In this document: in pieces, positions 39,418-47,417 of the stretch | Layout: the number at the start of each line of letters is the position of its first letter | Numbering within the stretch: the first letter of the stretch is position 1 | Assembly (NCBI GenBank): GCA_963772765.1 | Contig: CAVYYP010000013.1 | Location: 637,243 to 701,242 of the forward strand | DNA from: Candidatus Bathyarchaeota archaeon | GTDB lineage: Archaea; Thermoproteota; Bathyarchaeia; Bathyarchaeales; Bathyarchaeaceae | Length of the DNA stretch: 64,000 bases | Direction: 5' to 3' | Notes under the pieces: generated by a model | Databases searched by the model: none | What the model was told of the DNA's origin: nothing | What the model saw: only the letters and a program-made list of their open reading frames with translations | Made by a program: the position numbers and the translations under genes

Positions 39418-40269
39418 TTAGGCCAACCAAATATTCCAACTCGATTTACAAGATTCCTTTTTATCCCAAATGAAAGTATTTCTGAATTCAAATCCCGCTT
39501 TCTCTAACGCATCTATTACATAAGCATGTGTCACATACCTTTTATTTTTCCACCAAACATCATTTATATTAACTATACAATGTGCTTTTTCTTTCATTAG
39601 AGGCAAGATTCCTGCGTAAATTTCTTCTAAGGTTTCTGCATATTGTTGGTAATTCATTATACCTAAATCTCTAGGGTCTTTGGAATACTGCTGAACTTTC
39701 AAATATTGACCGTTCTTACGTTCATCTCCTCTGATGCTTTTATTCAATCTTTTTCGATTTAGCATATTAGCATAAGGTGGAGAAGTTATACACAACGAAA
39801 CGGTGTTCTCTTCTAGATATTCAGGAATGTTTTTTGCATCATCAACAATGCCTAATTGTTGAGTTTCAATTCCAAATCTAGTTTGGCTAAGTCTTTCTTT
39901 TGCGACCTCTATGTAACCTTCATGCAAATCAAAACCTAAAGCATTTCTTTTCAAATCTTGAGCAGCAATTAATGTAGTTCCAATTCCAACAAATGGGTCC
40001 AAAACAAGTTCTCCCTCATGGGTAAGAACTTCAATAAAATGAGCAGGAAGAGAAATAGGGTAAACAGCGGGATGAACATTCTTATCTCGAACATCTCTCC
40101 CAGTGTAATAAAATTCTTTGATTGTAACCATTCCTTTAACCCATTCTTTTGCAGTAATACAACTAATATGATTAGTTTGACAATCACAAGTTTTTTTATG
40201 GGCAATTGCTAGCTTCTTGTTTTCCACTTTTAGAGCCTTCTTAAACAGTCTTTCCAAATTAACTATCAC
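39418..40269 (-). CDS. DNA methyltransferase (SPPY-type, probably N4-cytosine)
   Basis: Motif I is LDPFVGIGTTLIAAQ and motif IV is ITSPPYANM. 283 aa. Confidence 0.8.
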   Translation of the reverse strand: MIVNLERLFKKALKVENKKLAIAHKKTCDCQTNHISCITAKEWVKGMVTIKEFYYTGRDVRDKNVHPAVYPISLPAHFIEVLTHEGELVLDPFVGIGTTLIAAQDLKRNALGFDLHEGYIEVAKERLSQTRFGIETQQLGIVDDAKNIPEYLEENTVSLCITSPPYANMLNRKRLNKSIRGDERKNGQYLKVQQYSKDPRDLGIMNYQQYAETLEEIYAGILPLMKEKAHCIVNINDVWWKNKRYVTHAYVIDALEKAGFEFRNTFIWDKKESCKSSWNIWLA

Positions 40270-40352
40270 TATTCATATACTTTTGGAAATATGAGTTCTG
40301 TGTTTATCTTCTTGGACTCCGAAAACTAAAACCTAAAGGTTCTAAGAGTTTA

Positions 40353-40490
40353 ATGATTTTTCAAATTTTTCCTCTGAAAGAAAGCTTAGTTTGGGCGCTT
40401 AAACGGGAAATAAAGGCTTTAGAACAAATGAATCATGAATCAGAGGATAAATCTGAGGTTCTTAGTGAAGCTTCTTCTAAAGAAGGTTCA
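40353..40490 (+). pseudogene. Int(N) fragment of the split integrase
   Basis: The ORF MIFQIFPLKESLVWALKREIKALEQMNHESEDKSEVLSEASSKEGS runs in frame into the att repeat (WWAGPDLNRRPSARQ). The same att translation precedes Int(C) at 35426. Confidence 0.6.
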
Positions 40491-40568
40491 TGGTGGGCCG
40501 GACCGGATTTGAACCGGCGACCTTCTGCACGTCAAGCAGATGTCCTAACCGAACTAGACGACCGGCCC
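40491..40568 (-). tRNA. tRNA-Val (anticodon GAC), with encoded CCA
   Basis: Sequence: GGGCCGGTCGTCTAGTTCGGTTAGGACATCTGCTTGACGTGCAGAAGGTCGCCGGTTCAAATCCGGTCCGGCCCACCA. A cloverleaf folds by hand. The anticodon loop is TTGACGT. Confidence 0.9.
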
Positions 40569-40712
40569 TACAGCCATTTTAGGATGCTTTTCTCGTATTT
40601 AAGTTTCAGTTTCTTTCAGGCACCCAAACATAAGCATTAATATGCCAAACTGAGGAAATGATTTTCCCATAATGCTTAATAGCGTTCCTGTCAGGTTTAA
40701 AATATCAAAAAT

Positions 40713-40789
40713 GGGCGGATAGATCAGCCTGGAAGATCGCAACGTTGGCATCGTTGAGGCCGCGGGTTCAAATCCCGCTCCGTCCACCA
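40713..40789 (+). tRNA. tRNA-Ala (anticodon GGC), with encoded CCA
   Basis: Sequence: GGGCGGATAGATCAGCCTGGAAGATCGCAACGTTGGCATCGTTGAGGCCGCGGGTTCAAATCCCGCTCCGTCCACCA. The G3:U70 pair is present. The anticodon loop is TTGGCAT. Confidence 0.9.
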
Positions 40790-40821
40790 CAACCGAACCC
40801 TGTCACAAATGACAGAATTTT

Positions 40822-41081
40822 TAACGTAATATGGAATCTAAAGAAGAAACGGCTACGCAGAAAAAACCATAACAGGATACTCCAAAAAACTACACCACCT
40901 AAACAGAAACACAAACATAGACAAACCCGAAACAGTAAAAATCTATCTAGCAAATCTTGACGTAAGCAACACATACAAAGAAGCCCTAGTAAACTCATAC
41001 CAACACTACGTTGATTATCACAACCTTTGTTGGCAAAAACCAATATACAAAAGAGCCGAAAGTTCATGCAGAAGTCTGTAA
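40822..41081 (+). pseudogene. remnant of a second integrase (N-terminal domain only, frameshifted)
   Basis: Two frames give NVIWNLKKK / RNGYAEKTITGYSKKLHHLNRNTNIDKPETVKIYLANLDVSNTYKEALVNSYQHYVDYHNLCWQKPIYKRAE. This resembles the N-terminal domains of archaeal integrases. No catalytic domain follows. Confidence 0.45.
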
Positions 41082-41149
41082 AGTTTTTCCCTTGCGCAAA
41101 TTATATATAGAATTTATGCCAATTATGATTCTACTAGGGGGTAAAAAAA

Positions 41150-43765
41150 TTGAATTTTTGTAAAAAAAATAAAATAATATCCATCATCTTTGTTATTCTA
41201 CTACTTACTTCTGCTTCACTTCTAATCACTACTGCTTCAGCACAAAGTACTGATATACCTGTAAGTGGACCTCTACCCGCTGGTGTTACACCAGACGTAA
41301 TTGAATCCACACGAGCCTTTCTCAGTTTCCGACCAAATCCTGTAGGCGTTGGCCAAGTAATATTAGTTAACTTGTGGCTAAACCCTGCAACACACGCAAG
41401 CAGATACCACCCAGACTACGAAGTCATAATCACCCACCCAGATGGAACCGAAGAATCAATATTTCTTGACTCTTACCAAGCAGACACAACTGCATGGTTT
41501 GAATACCAAGTAAACGAAGTTGGAACCTGGACACTTCAATTCGTATTCCATGGAACATACTTCCCAGGAGGAGACGTTCCCGGAGGCTTTGGAGAAGCAG
41601 CAACAGTTACGCTTGGTTCTGTGTTCCTATGAACCTAGTTCTACTGAAAAACAAGAACTAACAGTGCAAGAAGACATAGTGTATTCATGGCCAGAAGCAG
41701 AACTTCCAACAGACTACTGGACACGACCCATATCTCTTGAGAAAAGAGAATGGTGGTCAATAGCAGGAGCATACCCCGGCACAGGCTACTACGGAGGAGG
41801 CCCAATCTGGGACGAATTCTATCCTAACACAAATCCACGATGGAGCTTCGATACAACTTCCACCCATGGGTGGAAGGACCAGAAACATCACACATCGTAT
41901 GGAAACGACAAGACGGATTAGCAGGGCTAATCGGCGGATACGCATACTACTACGGCACAACCACTAACGTAGGAACTCCGTCCATAATATATGCTGGAAG
42001 ATGCTACCAAACAGTTACCACGATCGTAGACGGAGAATCGACAGATGTATTCCAATGTTATGACCTCCGTACTGGAGAAGTCTATTGGGAAATCTATCCA
42101 CTACCAACAGTCACTACGACTTCAATGTTTGGACCAATGACCTCAAGTGTAATACCCGACATCGTCGCATATGTACCACCAGGACCAGGATCAGTTCCTG
42201 GAGCAGTTGCACAAAACACGTATCTGTTGAACTGCTGGCAATAGCAGGCGGCAGACTGATGAAATTCGATCCAGCAACAGGCGCAATAACATGCAACGTT
42301 TCCATTTCACCATTGACCGGAAGCGGAGGCTACTACTACACCAACCAGTACGTAATTGACATACAGGATCTTGGAGCAAGCGCTGGTGAAGAACGCTATC
42401 GTTTGATCAACTGGACAACTGCAGGATCAAGCAGCAATTTCGCTAGCAGGGTAGTTAGCAACACCACTTATGGCAGAGCTAGCTGGACTGAAACCATATA
42501 CGATGATTCAGATGAACAGGGTTATAGTTTCCACACATATCCTCATATTGACTTCAATACTGGAATAGGCGTTACTGTAGCTGCATATGGATGGAATGGT
42601 CCAACAGCCGTTTATGAACGGTTCAAACTGCAAGCGTACGATCTATACACTGGAGAAACACTCTGGGATTTGCAGTTGATGAACCAATATACAGCAGATC
42701 ATGTTACGTTGCTGACCATGGAAAAATCGCGATACTGACACAGAATGGCTACTTCTACGCATACAACCTTGAAGACGGAAGCTTGGCTTGGAAGAGCGAA
42801 ACCATGGACTATCCTTGGGCATCAGCTGGTTTTGGAGCTTACGCTATAGAATCGGCCTATGGCATGCTTTTCAGGCAATCCTACAATGGGGTTTATGCAT
42901 TTGACTGGGACGATGGAAGTATAGTCTGGCAATACGAAGCACCCGCACTTGCAGTTTATGAGTCTCCATACGTTGATGCTGACGGTAAAGGCGTTTATCC
43001 GTTCAATGGCGGTGCAATGGTTGCTCACCGGAAAGATGTACAGTATACAATACTGAGCACACCGCAAGCTGGCCAATGACCCGCGGTTGGGGTCTTCACT
43101 GCATCGACATTTTCACTGGTGAACTCATATGGAAGATAGGAAACCCAATGACATACGGCGCTGTTGCAGACGGTTACTTGACTGCAGGTAACCCTTGGGA
43201 CGGATACATGTATGTTTTCGGCAAAGGACAAACTGAAACAACTGTGACTGCACCAGACCTAGCAGTGCCAAAAGGCACAGACATGATGATAAAAGGTACA
43301 GGTACTTAATGCATCTCCTGCCCAAAAGGGTACACCTTGTGTTTCAGCAGATTCAATGTCCCTACAGATGGAGTATTTACATCTTCAAAGACCAATAGAC
43401 GGAATATGGGGCAACGAAACAATAGAAGGCGTTCAAGTAAAATTAACTGCAATGAGTGATTCTGGCCAGTATGTCGATATCGGAACCACAACTACCAGTG
43501 GCTATTATGGAACTTTTGGTATGACATGGACTCCTGCAGAAGAGGTACTTATGAAATCGTTGCATCTTTCGAGGGTTCTGAAGCATATGGTAGTTCATCT
43601 GCATCGACATTCGTTAAAGTCGGTCCAGCATCTTCAGCGTCAGTAATAATAGAACCAGAGACAGAAACACCACTTATCAGCATAGACCTTGCAATCGTCA
43701 TCGCTGTCCTAGCAGCATGCATCATCGGCGCAGTAGCATACATAGGACTAAGACGACGAAAATAA
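41150..43765 (+). pseudogene. large beta-propeller-type surface protein, paralog 2 (at least 7 frame breaks)
   Basis: Eight overlapping or adjacent ORFs (41150-41632 through 43526-43765) are colinear with 24469-27070. It has a signal-like N-terminus and the C-terminal anchor LAIVIAVLAACIIGAVAYIGLRRRK. Confidence 0.7.
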
Positions 43766-44214
43766 GCACCAATAGAGGAACTTATCTTCCTCCCATTTTT
43801 TTGGGAACAAATATTGGATGAAGGAGCCGAAAAAACATGAATGCTGAAAAAATGCATGTTATCCCCTTATTTGATAACCTGTAATCATCAACAACTTCCG
43901 CTTTCATGGTTCAGCAAAGCCTTCACCCAAAAAACTATGGTTGGAATTGGCTGAAAAAACTCAACAACACTAAAACCACAATGCTTTAGGGTTTTTCATT
44001 TTTTCCCTCTCCATGATTTCTTTTTGTTGAGTTTCAGAAAAGCATTCTTTTCCAATTTTTATATTTTGCTAATATTCAATAAAATCAACTTAGGGTTTTC
44101 ATTAGTTACAAAAGTTTTAAACGAAATATTTCTTCTATATCCGTCCACCATTTTGATGTTTTCTGAAGATGTAGAAAAGAAGGATGTTTTGGTTCACTCT
44201 AAATAGGTTAGTGG

Positions 44215-44388
44215 CTATTTTTTTGGTTTTATTTCTTCGGTTTCTACTATTGATACTACTGGCACGTTGATTTTGTAGAATGCTTCTAGTGCTACGTTTC
44301 TGTTTTCTGCTTCTACTACAAATGCGACTCTTCCTTCGTGTCCACAGCAGTAGCATGTTATTATTTTGACGTTCGTTATTCCTGCCAT
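44215..44388 (-). CDS. hypothetical small protein
   Basis: MAGITNVKIITCYCCGHEG... An AAGGAGG sequence lies 9 nt upstream of this ATG, so the shorter start is preferred over the ORF-track start at 44415. Confidence 0.35.
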   Translation of the reverse strand: MAGITNVKIITCYCCGHEGRVAFVVEAENRNVALEAFYKINVPVVSIVETEEIKPKK

Positions 44389-44602
44389 TTTCTTGCTCCT
44401 CCTTAAGGGTTTCACGCCTGCTTTGAGCCCCTAGGCAGGTCCCTAACTCTTTTATCAGCTTGCTCAGTCAACTTGGTCAAAACAACATTGGGCACTCTTA
44501 CCATCTACCCTATTCAAAAGCTGCGACATAAAATGAGTTCAGAGAATTTGGTATAAAAAAAGGGCGTATGCAACGTAAGACGTTGTATTCAAAACCAAAA
44601 AT

Positions 44603-45745
44603 TTAGATGAACCATCCATAGAGTAGCCTGTAGAGTCTGTGTTCCAGAATTGTTAAGGATTTGTTGCGCCCGAATATTCGGAAATAGTTTTTTCCCATTG
44701 CCTCTACCATGTCGCCTATGTCGTACCTGGGGAACAGGCATGAAGAGATTATGATTTTGCCCCATTCTCCCCGTTTTAGTTCATGAAGCATCTTTGTTCC
44801 CTTGCCTGTTTCAACCTCAAAATAGTAAACGTCATAGTTTGGCGAAAGGTAGGGCAGACCATTAAGCTGCTGCATAAACGCTCCCTCAGTGGCGCTGTAC
44901 ATCTCAACGATAGGGACATCGCCAAAATATTTGCGAAGAACAGGACCATACTTGAAATGAATCTTACGCACACTGGTGCACACAATCACCTTAAGATTCC
45001 ACAGCTCTTTTGGCAGCTTTCCATGCTTATGCTTAACATATTTTGCAAATGAAAGAATCACAGGCGTGACGCCCATGGCTGCAACCACAGGCTGATTCAA
45101 GGCAGAACGGTACACGAGTTCGAATCGTTTTTCCCAGTCAGTTCTGGTTATTCCTGCTCCCAGTGCATCAATTTCTTCTTGTTTAGGCAAAAGACTGACC
45201 TGATTCAGCATGGGGTTGAGCTTGGCGTATGTTCCTGAACTGTAACCGTAAGTGATTTTGTTTCCGCTATCATCCATGATGTTTACGTTTGAGGGAAAGT
45301 TCAGATTCAGTATCTTTCCGTTCAATACGTCCATGTTGTTTGTTCGTAATGCATAATTTGTGATTGCCCTTGCTCCGCAACTAAAAATCTGTTCAATATG
45401 CGTATTGGTGACTGGAAGAATCTTGGACTGTCCTGTGGAGCCTCGGGTCATCACCCAGCAAATTGGCGGCTCAGGAAGTATAGCTGAGTAATTTCCTGCT
45501 TTTACTTCTTCAAGACGTAGCTTAAGACCTTGATAGTTTAGTGTTGGAAAATTTGAACGAAAAGCGGAGCCATCTTTGATTGTGTCTGCTGAGTGTTTTT
45601 TTCCGTAGTCTGTTTTGGCGTAGCCTGAAAGCAGTGTTTGCAACGTTTTTTGTTGTGCTTCGGCGGGGTTCTTTAGGGATTCATGCCAAGGAGTGACGAT
45701 GAATTTTAGGATGTCTACTCCGCTCATTGGTTTCCCATCAGTCAA
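44603..45745 (-). CDS. GH3-family adenylate-forming enzyme-like protein (possibly C-terminally short)
   Basis: The N-terminal pattern ...TLQTLLSGYAKTDYGKKH...FRSNFPTLNYQGL and the nucleotide motif TRGSTGQSKILPVT are GH3-like. At 380 aa it is shorter than I recall for the family. Confidence 0.5.
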   Translation of the reverse strand: MTDGKPMSGVDILKFIVTPWHESLKNPAEAQQKTLQTLLSGYAKTDYGKKHSADTIKDGSAFRSNFPTLNYQGLKLRLEEVKAGNYSAILPEPPICWVMTRGSTGQSKILPVTNTHIEQIFSCGARAITNYALRTNNMDVLNGKILNLNFPSNVNIMDDSGNKITYGYSSGTYAKLNPMLNQVSLLPKQEEIDALGAGITRTDWEKRFELVYRSALNQPVVAAMGVTPVILSFAKYVKHKHGKLPKELWNLKVIVCTSVRKIHFKYGPVLRKYFGDVPIVEMYSATEGAFMQQLNGLPYLSPNYDVYYFEVETGKGTKMLHELKRGEWGKIIISSCLFPRYDIGDMVEAMGKNYFRIFGRNKSLTILEHRLYRLLYGWFI

Positions 45746-45772
45746 CAGACGACAATATTCTGTAACAGATTG

Positions 45773-46183
45773 TTATGGTGTCGGATTCCTTTTGTTCGCC
45801 ATTATCGCGCCTATAACCACACTCAAGATAACGATAACGCCGATGATGATCAGGAATATTGGGAAGAATGAACTAAAACTGATTGCTCCTGTCACTGCAA
45901 GATAGAACGCAAAACCAATAATAATCAGGATGATTCCGCCGAATAGAGAACCAAAAACGCTGTATCCTTGTTTTTCATATTTTTCGTGCTGCCCGCCTTT
46001 TTCCTTCTTTTCTTGTTTTTCGTTCTTCTCGTTCTTTTCCTGCTTTTCTCCCTTCTCAGTTCTGTAGGGTGCTGCTGGTTGAGGCGGAGGAGGAGGCACT
46101 TCAGCTTTTAAGTTGGTGCCGCACTGTGGACAAAAAGTATCTTCTTCTTTGACTTCTGAACCACACTTATGACAATATGGCAT
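45773..46183 (-). CDS. zinc-ribbon membrane protein
   Basis: CHKCGSEV...FCPQCG, then a P-rich and KEK-rich linker, then two TM helices. Confidence 0.5.
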   Translation of the reverse strand: MPYCHKCGSEVKEEDTFCPQCGTNLKAEVPPPPPQPAAPYRTEKGEKQEKNEKNEKQEKKEKGGQHEKYEKQGYSVFGSLFGGIILIIIGFAFYLAVTGAISFSSFFPIFLIIIGVIVILSVVIGAIMANKRNPTP

Positions 46184-46308
46184 GTTTTCACCTTCACAAT
46201 TCTAATCTTCTATATTTCATGGATGAGTATTTAAAATGTAACCTCGGGTCAGCCCATAGAGAAATATTATAAGCACTTTCACACGAAAACAATACTGGGG
46301 CGAATTAT

Positions 46309-46785
46309 TTGAGCAACAAATCCCGCAAACACCATGAAGGAATTTTTGGAGCAATCTCAGCAGGATTTTTCCTATTGCTTGTGGGAATACTCTTTGTTAC
46401 TACACCAAACCTGTTTGGAGCCATAGTCGACTTCTTCCAAGACTTTTCAATAGTTCATGTGCCAAACACCGACTTGATGTTCATTGGACCAGACTATCCT
46501 CGATTGCATGTGACGGTTTATGAGGCTTCGTTACAATTCAGCATCGCCATGACTGCATTTCAGATAGTAATGTTGGCTCTTCGGTTTTTCATTCCCTCAA
46601 CATGGAGCAAAAGGTCAGAAACATTTGGAAACCTAGTTTACTGGGGAATAGCAGCATTTCTAATCCAAACATATCTTGTAGAAAGCACGCAATGGTTTGT
46701 CTTCTGGTCAGCCATACTAATCGCAATCGGAGTCTCTTTGATAGCAAGAGCAATATTCTCTGGAGTTTCGCAAATCGGGAGTTAA
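46309..46785 (+). CDS. membrane protein (unknown function)
   Basis: 158 aa with four hydrophobic segments. Confidence 0.4.
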   Translation: MSNKSRKHHEGIFGAISAGFFLLLVGILFVTTPNLFGAIVDFFQDFSIVHVPNTDLMFIGPDYPRLHVTVYEASLQFSIAMTAFQIVMLALRFFIPSTWSKRSETFGNLVYWGIAAFLIQTYLVESTQWFVFWSAILIAIGVSLIARAIFSGVSQIGS

Positions 46786-47363
46786 AGCTTCCAACTGCTA
46801 GAAGTTTTGTCAACAACAACTGTAGTGTCAGCTATTCGGTCACTGTATTTCTGGTGAAGGTCAGTAGAAGTTATCAAGCCGCCAACAATATCCAGAAGCA
46901 GCAGAACAGGATGGATTTTGCTGATATTTCGCATAAACGCCTTCTCTAGACTCAGATGTCCGCCGGACTGGACAACAACTTTGAGTCCAAGAAAATTTTT
47001 GCCAAAAGTGCCTCCAAACAGTGCCTCTGCAAGTGGGAAATAAAAAAGGAAAACTATGCCCATGGCAAATGGAAAGCTGAGCAGATTAAATACTCTGCTA
47101 GGGTCGGCAATAAACGCTGGAAACATTGCGATGGCAAGCACTAAGAATGTTCCGATGCCGACTATTATTGAGTCGATAACGTATGCTATGAGCCGTCTTA
47201 TCCAGAGCTCCTGCAGCAGCGTATCGTGTTCGAATCTTTCAATAACAGTTTCTGATTTTGTTTGAGCAGCTTCTGGAGTTACCTTGGCTCCACAGTTTGT
47301 GCAAAACTTGGCATCGTCAGGCAGCTTTTCTCCACACTTTGAACAATGAACCGCAAACACCAC
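46782..47363 (-). CDS. zinc-ribbon plus RDD-family membrane protein
   Basis: CSKCGEKLPDDAKFCTNCG is followed by an RDD-like region (RRLIAYVIDSIIVG...) with TM helices. Confidence 0.6.
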   Translation of the reverse strand: MVFAVHCSKCGEKLPDDAKFCTNCGAKVTPEAAQTKSETVIERFEHDTLLQELWIRRLIAYVIDSIIVGIGTFLVLAIAMFPAFIADPSRVFNLLSFPFAMGIVFLFYFPLAEALFGGTFGKNFLGLKVVVQSGGHLSLEKAFMRNISKIHPVLLLLDIVGGLITSTDLHQKYSDRIADTTVVVDKTSSSWKL

Positions 47364-47417
47364 CTTTTAGCATATGCTCGCACTTTGGCTTTATATATTA
47401 TTTGCCAGCACAGAAAG

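Larger units (their letters stand above)
35426..40537. mobile_element. integrated element in tRNA-Val with a split SSV-type integrase; cargo is SIR2-like/DUF262 plus an R-M pair
   Basis: Identical 47-bp direct repeats (35426-35472 and 40491-40537) correspond to the 3' part of tRNA-Val. The integrase reading frame runs through the repeat at both ends, as Int(N) at 40353-40537 and Int(C) at 35426-36313. Confidence 0.8.

Noticed and set aside
40599-40790. 63-aa ORF on the minus strand (MVDGAGFEPAASTMPTLRS...)
   Set aside because: It is the antisense translation of tRNA-Ala. Likewise, the tail of ORF 40353-40640 beyond 40490 is a translation of tRNA-Val.
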